64,000 bases of DNA from contig OZ193910.1 in assembly GCA_964276515.1 (NCBI GenBank), positions 7,130,001-7,194,000 on the forward strand, written 5' to 3'. This DNA comes from Gordius albopunctatus (lineage: Eukaryota). Positions 41,700 through 57,183 of this stretch are shown in pieces. Within the stretch, counting starts at the first letter, position 1. Every line of letters starts with the position of its first letter. The position numbers and the translations under genes were made by a program. The notes below the pieces were generated by a model. The model saw only the letters and a program-made list of their open reading frames with translations. It was not told the origin of the DNA and searched no databases.

Positions 41700-44600
41700 A
41701 TATAACGTTGACTTTTCTCAAAATGATTGTTCTCGCAACTTTAAACTTCTTATAAGGAGTCGATCGAGAATAATAGGATTCTCAAATTAGCTTATTTTTA
41801 TATATTTTATCAAGCTCTTTTATATAAAATAATAAAAAATATATTATTTAGCTCCGAATAACTCACAATTTTTTCCATTCAACCATATTCATCCAATGAA
41901 AGTTTTATTTTCCGACCTGATTTCCATGATAAAAAGTTAAAATTTATCAGAATTAGAGAACTATTATTTAAAATCATCATCGCATAGAGGATGTTTCAAA
42001 AATTAAGCAATCACTTTGCGATACAACAAACTAATCGCAACAATATAACGTTGTCTTTTCTCAAAATGATAGTTCTCGCAGCTTGAAACTTCTTATATGG
42101 AGTCGATCAAGAAAAATAGGATTCTCAAATTAGCTTACTTTTATATATTTTTTCAAGCTCTTTTACATAAAATAACAAAAAATATATTTTTTCAGGTTAA
42201 AATAATTCACAATTTTTTCCTTTCAAACATATTCATCCGATGAAAGTTTTTATTTTCAGACGTGATTTCCATGATAAAAAGTTAAATTTTATCAGAATTA
42301 GAGAACTATTACTTTGAAATCATCCTCGCATAGAGCATGTTTCAAAAATTAAGCACTCACGTTGCGATACAACAAACTAATCGCAACAATATAACGTTGA
42401 CTTTTCTCAAAATGATTGTTCTCGCAACTTTAAACTTCTTATAAGGAGTCGATCGAGAATAATATGATTCTCAAATTAGCTTATTTTTATATATTTTATC
42501 AAGCTCTTTTATATAAAATAATAAAAAATATATTATTTAGCTCCGTATAACTCACAATTTTTTCCATTCAACCATATTCATCCAATGAAAGTTTTATTTT
42601 CAGACGTGATTTCCATGATAAAAAGTTAAAATTTATCAGAATTAGAGAACTATTACTTTGAAATCATCCTCGCATAGAGCATGTTTCAAAAATTAAGCAC
42701 TCACGTTGCGATACAACAAACTAATCGCAACAATATAACGTTGACTTTTCTCAAAATGATTGTTCTCGCAACTTTAAACTTCTTATAAGGAGTCGATCGA
42801 GAATAATAGGATTCTCAAATGAGCTTACTTTTAAATATTTTTTCAAGCTCTTTTACATAAAATAACAAAAATTATATTTTTTTAGCTCCGAATAATTCAC
42901 AATTTTTTCCTTTCAAACATATTCATCCGATGAAAGTTTTTATTTTCAGACGTGATTTCCATGATAAAAAGTTAAATTTTATCAGAATTAGAGAAATATT
43001 ACTTTGAAATCATCCTCGCATAGAGCATGTTTCAAAAATTAAGCACTCACGTTGCGATACAACAAACTAATCGCAACAATATAACGTTGACTTTTCTCAA
43101 AATGATTGTTCTCGCAACTTTAAACTTCTTATAAGGAGTCGATCGAGAATAATAGGATTCTCAAATTAGCTTATTTTTATATATTTTATCAAGCTCTTTT
43201 ATATAAAATAATAAAAAATATATTATTTAGCTCCGTATAACTCACAATTTTTTCCATTCAACCATATTCATCCAATGAAAGTTTTATTTTCAGACGTGAT
43301 TTCCATGATAAAAAGTTAAAATTTATCAGAATTAGAGAACTATTACTTTGAAATCATCCTCGCATAGAGCATGTTTCAAAAATTAAGCACTCACGTTGCG
43401 ATACAACAAACTAATCGCAACAATATAACGTTGACTTTTCTCAAAATGATTGTTCTCGCAACTTTAAACTTCTTATAAGGAGTCGATCGAGAATAATAGG
43501 ATTCTCAAATGAGCTTACTTTTAAATATTTTTTCAAGCTCTTTTACATAAAATAACAAAAATTATATTTTTTTAGCTCCGAATAATTCACAATTTTTTCC
43601 TTTCAAATCATATTCATCCGATGAAGGTTGTTATTTTCAGACGTGATTTCCATGATAAAAAGTTAAAATTTATCAGAATTAGAGAACTATTACTTTGAAA
43701 TCATCATCGCATAGAGAATGTTTCAAAAATTAAGCACTCACCTTGCGATACAACAAACTAATCGCAACAATATAACGTTGACTTTTCTCAAAATGATTGT
43801 TCTCGCAACTTTAAACTTCTTATAAGGAGTCGATCGAGAATAATAGGATTCTCAAATTAGCTTATTTTTATATATTTTATCAAGCTCTTTTATATAAAAT
43901 AATAAAAAATATATTATTTAGCTCCGAATAACTCACAATTTTTTCCATTCAACCATATTCATCCAATGAAAGTTTTATTTTCCGACCTGATTTCCATGAT
44001 AAAAAGTTAAAATTTATCAGAATTAGAGAACTATTACTTTGAAATCATCCTCGCATAGAGCATGTTTCAAAAATTAAGCACTCACGTTGCGATACAACAA
44101 ACTAATCGCAACAATATAACGTTGACTTTTCTCAAAATGATTGTTCTCGCAACTTTAAACTTCTTATAAGGAGTCGATCGAGAATAATAGGATTCTCAAA
44201 TGAGCTTACTTTTAAATATTTTTTCAAGCTCTTTTACATAAAATAACAAAAATTATATTTTTTTAGCTCCGAATAATTCACAATTTTTTCCTTTCAAATC
44301 ATATTCATCCGATGAAAGTTGTTATTTTCAGACGTGATTTCCATGATAAAAAGTTAAAATTTATCAGAATTAGAGAACTATTACTTTGAAATCATCCTCG
44401 CATAGAGCATGTTTCAAAAATTAAGCACTCACGTTGCGATACAACAAACTAATCGCAACAATATAACGTTGACTTTTCTCAAAATGATTGTTCTCGCAAC
44501 TTTAAACTTCTTATAAGGAGTCGATCGAGAATAATAGGATTCTCAAATGAGCTTACTTTTAAATATTTTTTCAATCTCTTTTACATAAAATAACAAAAAT

Positions 44601-44950
44601 TATATTTTTTTAGCTCCGAATAATTCACAATTTTTTCCTTTCAAATCATATTCATCCGATGAAAGTTGTTATTTTCAGACGTGATTTCCATGATAAAAAG
44701 TTAAAATTTATCAGAATTAGAGAACTATTACTTTGAAATCATCCTCGCATAGAGCATGTTTCAAAAATTAAGCACTCACGTTGCGATACAACAAACTAAT
44801 CGCAACAATATAACGTTGACTTTTCTCAAAATGATTGTTCTCGCAACTTTAAACTTCTTATAAGGAGTCGATCGAGAATAATAGGATTCTCAAATGAGCT
44901 TACTTTTAAATATTTTTTCAAGCTCTTTTACATAAAATAACAAAAATTAT
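41700..44950. repeat. Third, partial copy of the 19-mer (offset 11,060 bp = 32 monomers from copy 2)
   Basis: ggatgtttca at 24361/30929/41989 and tcaatctctt at 26943/33511/44571. aatatgattc is present at 42461 but lacks the tctcga variant shared by the first two copies. Boundaries approximate. Confidence 0.85.
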
Positions 44951-47474
44951 TATTTTTTAGCTCCGAATAATTCACAATTTTTTCCTTTCAAATCATATTC
45001 ATCCGATGAAGGTTGTTATTTTCAGACGTGATTTCCATGATAAAAAGTTAAAATTTATCAGAATTAGAGAACTATTACTTTGAAATCATCATCGCATAGA
45101 GAATGTTTCAAAAATTAAGCACTCACCTTGCGATACAACAAACTAATCGCAACAATATAACGTTGACTTTTCTCAAAATGATTGTTCTCGCAACTTTAAA
45201 CTTCTTATAAGGAGTCGATCGAGAATAATAGGATTCTCAAATTAGCTTATTTTTATATATTTTATCAAGCTCTTTTATATAAAATAATAAAAAATATATT
45301 ATTTAGCTCCGAATAACTCACAATTTTTTCCATTCAACCATATTCATCCAATGAAAGTTTTATTTTCCGACCTGATTTCCATGATAAAAAGTTAAAATTT
45401 ATCAGAATTAGAGAACTATTACTTTGAAATCATCCTCGCATAGAGCATGTTTCAAAAATTAAGCACTCACGTTGCGATACAACAAACTAATCGCAACAAT
45501 ATAACGTTGACTTTTCTCAAAATGATTGTTCTCGCAACTTTAAACTTCTTATAAGGAGTCGATCGAGAATAATAGGATTCTCAAATGAGCTTACTTTTAA
45601 ATATTTTTTCAAGCTCTTTTACATAAAATAACAAAAATTATATTTTTTTAGCTCCGAATAATTCACAATTTTTTCCTTTCAAATCATATTCATCCGATGA
45701 AAGTTGTTATTTTCAGACGTGATTTCCATGATAAAAAGTTAAAATTTATCAGAATTAGAGAACTATTACTTTGAAATCATCCTCGCATAGAGCATGTTTC
45801 AAAAATTAAGCACTCACGTTGCGATACAACAAACTAATCGCAACAATATAACGTTGACTTTTCTCAAAATGATTGTTCTCGCAACTTTAAACTTCTTATA
45901 AGGAGTCGATCGAGAATAATAGGATTCTCAAATGAGCTTACTTTTAAATATTTTTTCAATCTCTTTTACATAAAATAACAAAAATTATATTTTTTTAGCT
46001 CCGAATAATTCACAATTTTTTCCTTTCAAATCATATTCATCCGATGAAAGTTGTTATTTTCAGACGTGATTTCCATGATAAAAAGTTAAAATTTATCAGA
46101 ATTAGAGAACTATTACTTTGAAATCATCATCGCATAGAGCATTTTTCAAAAATTAAGGACTCACGTTGCGATACAACAAACTAATCACAACAATATAACG
46201 TTGTCTTTTCTCAAAATGATTGTTCTCGCAGCTTAAAACTTCTAATAAGGAGTCGATCGAGAATAATAGGATTCTCAAATGAGCTTACTTTTATATATTT
46301 TATCAAGCTCTTTTACATAAAATAACAAAAATTATATTTTTTTAGCTCCGAATAATTCACAATTTTTTCCTTTCAAATCATATTCATCCGATGAAAATTG
46401 TTATTTTCAGACGTGATTTCCATGATAAAAAGTTAAAATTTATCAGAATTAGAGAACTATTACTTTGAAATCATCATCGCATAGAGAATGTTTCAAAAAT
46501 TAAGCACTCACCTTGCGATACAACAAACTAATCGCAACAATATAACGTTGACTTTTCTCAAAATGATTGTTCTCGCAACTTTAAACTTCTTATAAGGAGT
46601 CGATCGAGAATAATAGGATTCTCAAATTAGCTTATTTTTATATATTTTATCAAGCTCTTTTATATAAAATAATAAAAAATATATTATTTAGCTCCGAATA
46701 ATTCACAATTTTTTCCATTCAACCATATTCATCCAATGAAAGTTTTATTTTCCGACCTGATTTCCATGATAAAAAGTTAAAATTTATCAGAATTAGAGAA
46801 CTATTATTTGAAATCATCATCGCATAGAGCATGTTTCAAAAATTAAGCAATCACTTTGCGATACAACAAACTAATCGCAACAATATAACGTTGTCTTTTC
46901 TCAAAATGATAGTTCTCGCAGCTTGAAACTTCTTATATGGAGTCGATCAAGAAAAATAGGATTCTCAAATTAGCTTACTTTTATATATTTTTTCAAGCTC
47001 TTTTACATAAAATAACAAAAAATATATTTTTTCAGGTTAAAATAATTCACAATTTTTTCCTTTCAAACATATTCATCCGATGAAAGTTTTATTTTCAGAC
47101 GTGATTTCCATGATAAAAAGTTAAAATTTATCAGAATTAGAGAACTATTACTTTGAAATCATCCTCGCATAGAGCATGTTTCAAAAATTAAGCACTCACG
47201 TTGCGATACAACAAACTAATCGCAACAATATAACGTTGACTTTTCTCAAAATGATTGTTCTCGCAACTTTAAACTTCTTATAAGGAGTCGATCGAGAATA
47301 ATAGGATTCTCAAATGAGCTTACTTTTAAATATTTTTTCAAGCTCTTTTACATAAAATAACAAAAATTATATTTTTTTAGCTCCGAATAATTCACAATTT
47401 TTTCCTTTCAAATCATATTCATCCGATGAAGGTTGTTATTTTCAGACGTGATTTCCATGATAAAAAGTTAAAAA

Positions 47475-50400
47475 TTTATCAGAATTAGAGAACTATTACT
47501 TTGAAATCATCATCGCATAGAGAATGTTTCAAAAATTAAGCACTCACCTTGCGATACAACAAACTAATCGCAACAATATAACGTTGACTTTTCTCAAAAT
47601 GATTGTTCTCGCAACTTTAAACTTCTTATAAGGAGTCGATCGAGAATAATAGGATTCTCAAATTAGCTTATTTTTATATATTTTATCAAGCTCTTTTATA
47701 TAAAATAATAAAAAATATATTATTTAGCTCCGAATAACTCACAATTTTTTCCATTCAACCATATTCATCCAATGAAAGTTTTATTTTCCGACCTGATTTC
47801 CATGATAAAAAGTTAAAATTTATCAGAATTAGAGAACTATTACTTTGAAATCATCCTCGCATAGAGCATGTTTCAAAAATTAAGCACTCACGTTGCGATA
47901 CAACAAACTAATCGCAACAATATAACGTTGACTTTTCTCAAAATGATTGTTCTCGCAACTTTAAACTTCTTATAAGGAGTCGATCGAGAATAATAGGATT
48001 CTCAAATTAGCTTATTTTTATATATTTTATCAAGCTCTTTTATATAAAATAATAAAAAATATATTATTTAGCTCCGAATAACTCACAATTTTTTCCATTC
48101 AACCATATTCATCCAATGAAAGTTTTATTTTCAGACGTGATTTCCATGATAAAAAGTTAAAATTTATCAGAATTAGAGAACTATTACTTTGAAATCATCC
48201 TCGCATAGAGCATGTTTCAAAAATTAAGCACTCACGTTGCGATACAACAAACTAATCGCAACAATATAACGTTGACTTTTCTCAAAATGATTGTTCTCGC
48301 AACTTTAAACTTCTTATAAGGAGTCGATCGAGAATAATAGGATTCTCAAATTAGCTTATTTTTATATATTTTATCAAGCTCTTTTATATAAAATAATAAA
48401 AAATATATTATTTAGCTCCGAATAACTCACAATTTTTTCCATTCAACCATATTCATCCAATGAAAGTTTTATTTTCCGACCTGATTTCCATGATAAAAAG
48501 TTAAAATTTATCAGAATTAGAGAACTATTATTTGAAATCATCATCGCATAGAGCATGTTTCAAAAATTAAGCAATCACTTTGCGATACAACAAACTAATC
48601 GCAACAATATAACGTTGTCTTTTCTCAAAATGATAGTTCTCGCAGCTTGAAACTTCTTATATGGAGTCGATCAAGAAAAATAGGATTCTCAAATTAGCTT
48701 ACTTTTATATATTTTTTCAAGCTCTTTTACATAAAATAACAAAAAATATATTTTTTCAGGTTAAAAAAATTCACAATTTTTTCCTTTCAAACATATTCAT
48801 CCGATGAAAGTTGTTATTTTCAGACGTGATTTCCATGATAAAAAGTTAAAATTTATCAGAATTAGAGAACTATTACTTTGAAATCATCATCGCATAGAGA
48901 ATGTTTCAAAAATTAAGCACTCACCTTGCGATACAACAAACTAATCGCAACAATATAACGTTGACTTTTCTCAAAATGATTGTTCTCGCAACTTTAAACT
49001 TCTTATAAGGAGTCGATCGAGAATAATAGGATTCTCAAATTAGCTTATTTTTATATATTTTATCAAGCTCTTTTATATAAAATAATAAAAAATATATTAT
49101 TTAGCTCCGAATAACTCACAATTTTTTCCATTCAACCATATTCATCCAATGAAAGTTTTATTTTCCGACCTGATTTCCATGATAAAAAGTTAAAATTTAT
49201 CAGAATTAGAGAACTATTATTTGAAATCATCATCGCATAGAGCATGTTTCAAAAATTAAGCAATCACTTTGCGATACAACAAACTAATCGCAACAATATA
49301 ACGTTGTCTTTTCTCAAAATGATAGTTCTCGCAGCTTGAAACTTCTTATATGGAGTCGATCAAGAAAAATAGGATTCTCAAATTAGCTTACTTTTATATA
49401 TTTTTTCAAGCTCTTTTACATAAAATAACAAAAAATATATTTTTTCAGGTTAAAAAAATTCACAATTTTTTCCTTTCAAACATATTCATCCGATGAAAGT
49501 TGTTATTTTCAGACGTGATTTCCATGATAAAAAGTTAAAATTTATCAGAATTAGAGAACTATTACTTTGAAATCATCATCGCATAGAGAATGTTTCAAAA
49601 ATTAAGCACTCACCTTGCGATACAACAAACTAATCGCAACAATATAACGTTGACTTTTCTCAAAATGATTGTTCTCGCAACTTTAAACTTCTTATAAGGA
49701 GTCGATCGAGAATAATAGGATTCTCAAATTAGCTTATTTTTATATATTTTTTCAAGCTCTTTTACATAAAATAACAAAAATTATATTTTTTTAGCTCCGA
49801 ATAATTCACAATTTTTTCCTTTCAAATCATATTCATCCGATGAAGGTTGTTATTTTCAGACGTGATTTCCATGATAAAAAGTTAAAATTTATCAGAATTA
49901 GAGAACTATTACTTTGAAATCATCATCGCATAGAGAATGTTTCAAAAATTAAGCACTCACCTTGCGATACAACAAACTAATCGCAACAATATAACGTTGA
50001 CTTTTCTCAAAATGATTGTTCTCGCAACTTTAAACTTCTTATAAGGAGTCGATCGAGAATAATAGGATTCTCAAATTAGCTTATTTTTATATATTTTATC
50101 AAGCTCTTTTATATAAAATAATAAAAAATATATTATTTAGCTCCGAATAACTCACAATTTTTTCCATTCAACCATATTCATCCAATGAAAGTTTTATTTT
50201 CCGACCTGATTTCCATGATAAAAAGTTAAAATTTATCAGAATTAGAGAACTATTACTTTGAAATCATCATCGCATAGAGCATTTTTCAAAAATTAAGGAC
50301 TCACGTTGCGATACAACAAACTAATCACAACAATATAACGTTGTCTTTTCTCAAAATGATTGTTCTCGCAGCTTAAAACTTCTAATAAGGAGTCGATCGA

Positions 50401-53400
50401 GAATAATAGGATTCTCAAATGAGCTTACTTTTATATATTTTATCAAGCTCTTTTACATAAAATAACAAAAATTATATTTTTTTAGCTCCGAATAATTCAC
50501 AATTTTTTCCTTTCAAATCATATTCATCCGATGAAAGTTGTTATTTTCAGACGTGATTTCCATGATAAAAAGTTAAAATTTATCAGAATTAGAGAACTAT
50601 TACTTTGAAATCATCATCGCATAGAGCATTTTTCAAAAATTAAGGACTCACGTTGCGATACAACAAACTAATCACAACAATATAACGTTGTCTTTTCTCA
50701 AAATGATTGTTCTCGCAGCTTAAAACTTCTAATAAGGAGTCGATCGAGAATAATAGGATTCTCAAATGAGCTTACTTTTATATATTTTATCAAGCTCTTT
50801 TACATAAAATAACAAAAATTATATTTTTTTAGCTCCGAATAATTCACAATTTTTTCCTTTCAAATCATATTCATCCGATGAAAGTTGTTATTTTCAGACG
50901 TGATTTCCATGATAAAAAGTTAAAATTTATCAGAATTAGAGAACTATTACTTTGAAATCATCATCGCATAGAGAATGTTTCAAAAATTAAGCACTCACCT
51001 TGCGATACAACAAACTAATCGCAACAATATAACGTTGACTTTTCTCAAAATGATTGTTCTCGCAACTTTAAACTTCTTATAAGGAGTCGATCGAGAATAA
51101 TAGGATTCTCAAATTAGCTTATTTTTATATATTTTATCAAGCTCTTTTATATAAAATAATAAAAAATATATTATTTAGCTCCGAATAACTCACAATTTTT
51201 TCCATTCAACCATATTCATCCAATGAAAGTTTTATTTTCCGACCTGATTTCCATGATAAAAAGTTAAAATTTATCAGAATTAGAGAACTATTACTTTGAA
51301 ATCATCCTCGCATAGAGCATGTTTCAAAAATTAAGCACTCACGTTGCGATACAACAAACTAATCGCAACAATATAACGTTGACTTTTCTCAAAATGATTG
51401 TTCTCGCAACTTTAAACTTCTTATAAGGAGTCGATCGAGAATAATAGGATTCTCAAATGAGCTTACTTTTATATATTTTATCAAGCTCTTTTACATAAAA
51501 TAACAAAAATTATATTTTTTTAGCTCCGAATAATTCACAATTTTTTCCTTTCAAATCATATTCATCCGATGAAAGTTGTTATTTTCAGACGTGATTTCCA
51601 TGATAAAAAGTTAAAATTTATCAGAATTAGAGAACTATTACTTTGAAATCATCATCGCATAGAGAATGTTTCAAAAATTAAGCACTCACCTTGCGATACA
51701 ACAAACTAATCGCAACAATATAACGTTGACTTTTCTCAAAATGATTGTTCTCGCAACTTTAAACTTCTTATAAGGAGTCGATCGAGAATAATAGGATTCT
51801 CAAATTAGCTTATTTTTATATATTTTTTCAAGCTCTTTTACATAAAATAACAAAAATTATATTTTTTTAGCTCCGAATAATTCACAATTTTTTCCTTTCA
51901 AATCATATTCATCCGATGAAGGTTGTTATTTTCAGACGTGATTTCCATGATAAAAAGTTAAAATTTATCAGAATTAGAGAACTATTACTTTGAAATCATC
52001 ATCGCATAGAGAATGTTTCAAAAATTAAGCACTCACCTTGCGATACAACAAACTAATCGCAACAATATAACGTTGACTTTTCTCAAAATGATTGTTCTCG
52101 CAACTTTAAACTTCTTATAAGGAGTCGATCGAGAATAATAGGATTCTCAAATGAGCTTACTTTTATATATTTTATCAAGCTCTTTTACATAAAATAACAA
52201 AAATTATATTTTTTTAGCTCCGAATAATTCACAATTTTTTCCTTTCAAATCATATTCATCCGATGAAAGTTGTTATTTTCAGACGTGATTTCCATGATAA
52301 AAAGTTAAAATTTATCAGAATTAGAGAACTATTACTTTGAAATCATCATCGCATAGAGAATGTTTCAAAAATTAAGCACTCACCTTGCGATACAACAAAC
52401 TAATCGCAACAATATAACGTTGACTTTTCTCAAAATGATTGTTCTCGCAACTTTAAACTTCTTATAAGGAGTCGATCGAGAATAATAGGATTCTCAAATT
52501 AGCTTATTTTTATATATTTTATCAAGCTCTTTTATATAAAATAATAAAAAATATATTATTTAGCTCCGAATAACTCACAATTTTTTCCATTCAACCATAT
52601 TCATCCAATGAAAGTTTTATTTTCCGACCTGATTTCCATGATAAAAAGTTAAAATTTATCAGAATTAGAGAACTATTACTTTGAAATCATCCTCGCATAG
52701 AGCATGTTTCAAAAATTAAGCACTCACGTTGCGATACAACAAACTAATCGCAACAATATAACGTTGACTTTTCTCAAAATGATTGTTCTCGCAACTTTAA
52801 ACTTCTTATAAGGAGTCGATCGAGAATAATAGGATTCTCAAATTAGCTTATTTTTATATATTTTATCAAGCTCTTTTATATAAAATAATAAAAAATATAT
52901 TATTTAGCTCCGAATAACTCACAATTTTTTCCATTCAACCATATTCATCCAATGAAAGTTTTATTTTCAGACGTGATTTCCATGATAAAAAGTTAAAATT
53001 TATCAGAATTAGAGAACTATTACTTTGAAATCATCCTCGCATAGAGCATGTTTCAAAAATTAAGCACTCACGTTGCGATACAACAAACTAATCGCAACAA
53101 TATAACGTTGACTTTTCTCAAAATGATTGTTCTCGCAACTTTAAACTTCTTATAAGGAGTCGATCGAGAATAATAGGATTCTCAAATTAGCTTATTTTTA
53201 TATATTTTATCAAGCTCTTTTATATAAAATAATAAAAAATATATTATTTAGCTCCGAATAACTCACAATTTTTTCCATTCAACCATATTCATCCAATGAA
53301 AGTTTTATTTTCCGACCTGATTTCCATGATAAAAAGTTAAAATTTATCAGAATTAGAGAACTATTATTTGAAATCATCATCGCATAGAGCATGTTTCAAA

Positions 53401-56400
53401 AATTAAGCAATCACTTTGCGATACAACAAACTAATCGCAACAATATAACGTTGTCTTTTCTCAAAATGATAGTTCTCGCAGCTTGAAACTTCTTATATGG
53501 AGTCGATCAAGAAAAATAGGATTCTCAAATTAGCTTACTTTTATATATTTTTTCAAGCTCTTTTACATAAAATAACAAAAAATATATTTTTTCAGGTTAA
53601 AAAAATTCACAATTTTTTCCTTTCAAACATATTCATCCGATGAAAGTTGTTATTTTCAGACGTGATTTCCATGATAAAAAGTTAAAATTTATCAGAATTA
53701 GAGAACTATTACTTTGAAATCATCATCGCATAGAGAATGTTTCAAAAATTAAGCACTCACCTTGCGATACAACAAACTAATCGCAACAATATAACGTTGA
53801 CTTTTCTCAAAATGATTGTTCTCGCAACTTTAAACTTCTTATAAGGAGTCGATCGAGAATAATAGGATTCTCAAATTAGCTTATTTTTATATATTTTATC
53901 AAGCTCTTTTATATAAAATAATAAAAAATATATTATTTAGCTCCGAATAACTCACAATTTTTTCCATTCAACCATATTCATCCAATGAAAGTTTTATTTT
54001 CCGACCTGATTTCCATGATAAAAAGTTAAAATTTATCAGAATTAGAGAACTATTATTTGAAATCATCATCGCATAGAGCATGTTTCAAAAATTAAGCAAT
54101 CACTTTGCGATACAACAAACTAATCGCAACAATATAACGTTGTCTTTTCTCAAAATGATAGTTCTCGCAGCTTGAAACTTCTTATATGGAGTCGATCAAG
54201 AAAAATAGGATTCTCAAATTAGCTTACTTTTATATATTTTTTCAAGCTCTTTTACATAAAATAACAAAAAATATATTTTTTCAGGTTAAAAAAATTCACA
54301 ATTTTTTCCTTTCAAACATATTCATCCGATGAAAGTTGTTATTTTCAGACGTGATTTCCATGATAAAAAGTTAAAATTTATCAGAATTAGAGAACTATTA
54401 CTTTGAAATCATCATCGCATAGAGAATGTTTCAAAAATTAAGCACTCACCTTGCGATACAACAAACTAATCGCAACAATATAACGTTGACTTTTCTCAAA
54501 ATGATTGTTCTCGCAACTTTAAACTTCTTATAAGGAGTCGATCGAGAATAATAGGATTCTCAAATTAGCTTATTTTTATATATTTTTTCAAGCTCTTTTA
54601 CATAAAATAACAAAAATTATATTTTTTTAGCTCCGAATAATTCACAATTTTTTCCTTTCAAATCATATTCATCCGATGAAGGTTGTTATTTTCAGACGTG
54701 ATTTCCATGATAAAAAGTTAAAATTTATCAGAATTAGAGAACTATTACTTTGAAATCATCATCGCATAGAGAATGTTTCAAAAATTAAGCACTCACCTTG
54801 CGATACAACAAACTAATCGCAACAATATAACGTTGACTTTTCTCAAAATGATTGTTCTCGCAACTTTAAACTTCTTATAAGGAGTCGATCGAGAATAATA
54901 GGATTCTCAAATTAGCTTATTTTTATATATTTTATCAAGCTCTTTTATATAAAATAATAAAAAATATATTATTTAGCTCCGAATAACTCACAATTTTTTC
55001 CATTCAACCATATTCATCCAATGAAAGTTTTATTTTCCGACCTGATTTCCATGATAAAAAGTTAAAATTTATCAGAATTAGAGAACTATTACTTTGAAAT
55101 CATCATCGCATAGAGCATTTTTCAAAAATTAAGGACTCACGTTGCGATACAACAAACTAATCACAACAATATAACGTTGTCTTTTCTCAAAATGATTGTT
55201 CTCGCAGCTTAAAACTTCTAATAAGGAGTCGATCGAGAATAATAGGATTCTCAAATGAGCTTACTTTTATATATTTTATCAAGCTCTTTTACATAAAATA
55301 ACAAAAATTATATTTTTTTAGCTCCGAATAATTCACAATTTTTTCCTTTCAAATCATATTCATCCGATGAAAGTTGTTATTTTCAGACGTGATTTCCATG
55401 ATAAAAAGTTAAAATTTATCAGAATTAGAGAACTATTACTTTGAAATCATCATCGCATAGAGCATTTTTCAAAAATTAAGGACTCACGTTGCGATACAAC
55501 AAACTAATCACAACAATATAACGTTGTCTTTTCTCAAAATGATTGTTCTCGCAGCTTAAAACTTCTAATAAGGAGTCGATCGAGAATAATAGGATTCTCA
55601 AATGAGCTTACTTTTATATATTTTATCAAGCTCTTTTACATAAAATAACAAAAATTATATTTTTTTAGCTCCGAATAATTCACAATTTTTTCCTTTCAAA
55701 TCATATTCATCCGATGAAAGTTGTTATTTTCAGACGTGATTTCCATGATAAAAAGTTAAAATTTATCAGAATTAGAGAACTATTACTTTGAAATCATCAT
55801 CGCATAGAGAATGTTTCAAAAATTAAGCACTCACCTTGCGATACAACAAACTAATCGCAACAATATAACGTTGACTTTTCTCAAAATGATTGTTCTCGCA
55901 ACTTTAAACTTCTTATAAGGAGTCGATCGAGAATAATAGGATTCTCAAATTAGCTTATTTTTATATATTTTATCAAGCTCTTTTATATAAAATAATAAAA
56001 AATATATTATTTAGCTCCGAATAACTCACAATTTTTTCCATTCAACCATATTCATCCAATGAAAGTTTTATTTTCCGACCTGATTTCCATGATAAAAAGT
56101 TAAAATTTATCAGAATTAGAGAACTATTACTTTGAAATCATCCTCGCATAGAGCATGTTTCAAAAATTAAGCACTCACGTTGCGATACAACAAACTAATC
56201 GCAACAATATAACGTTGACTTTTCTCAAAATGATTGTTCTCGCAACTTTAAACTTCTTATAAGGAGTCGATCGAGAATAATAGGATTCTCAAATGAGCTT
56301 ACTTTTATATATTTTATCAAGCTCTTTTACATAAAATAACAAAAATTATATTTTTTTAGCTCCGAATAATTCACAATTTTTTCCTTTCAAATCATATTCA

Positions 56401-57183
56401 TCCGATGAAAGTTGTTATTTTCAGACGTGATTTCCATGATAAAAAGTTAAAATTTATCAGAATTAGAGAACTATTACTTTGAAATCATCATCGCATAGAG
56501 AATGTTTCAAAAATTAAGCACTCACCTTGCGATACAACAAACTAATCGCAACAATATAACGTTGACTTTTCTCAAAATGATTGTTCTCGCAACTTTAAAC
56601 TTCTTATAAGGAGTCGATCGAGAATAATAGGATTCTCAAATTAGCTTATTTTTATATATTTTTTCAAGCTCTTTTACATAAAATAACAAAAATTATATTT
56701 TTTTAGCTCCGAATAATTCACAATTTTTTCCTTTCAAATCATATTCATCCGATGAAGGTTGTTATTTTCAGACGTGATTTCCATGATAAAAAGTTAAAAT
56801 TTATCAGAATTAGAGAACTATTACTTTGAAATCATCATCGCATAGAGAATGTTTCAAAAATTAAGCACTCACCTTGCGATACAACAAACTAATCGCAACA
56901 ATATAACGTTGACTTTTCTCAAAATGATTGTTCTCGCAACTTTAAACTTCTTATAAGGAGTCGATCGAGAATAATAGGATTCTCAAATGAGCTTACTTTT
57001 ATATATTTTATCAAGCTCTTTTACATAAAATAACAAAAATTATATTTTTTTAGCTCCGAATAATTCACAATTTTTTCCTTTCAAATCATATTCATCCGAT
57101 GAAAGTTGTTATTTTCAGACGTGATTTCCATGATAAAAAGTTAAAATTTATCAGAATTAGAGAACTATTACTTTGAAATCATC
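47475..57183. repeat. Right-domain 14-monomer HOR, two tandem copies (period 4,836 bp), containing an internal dimer duplication (689 bp)
   Basis: ttaaaaaaatt variant at 48761/49450 and 53597/54286; aattaaggac at 50291/55127. Confidence 0.9.

Noticed and set aside
47461..47480. Singleton extra A in gttaaaaattt
   Set aside because: A single homopolymer-length change that cannot be distinguished from sequencing error.
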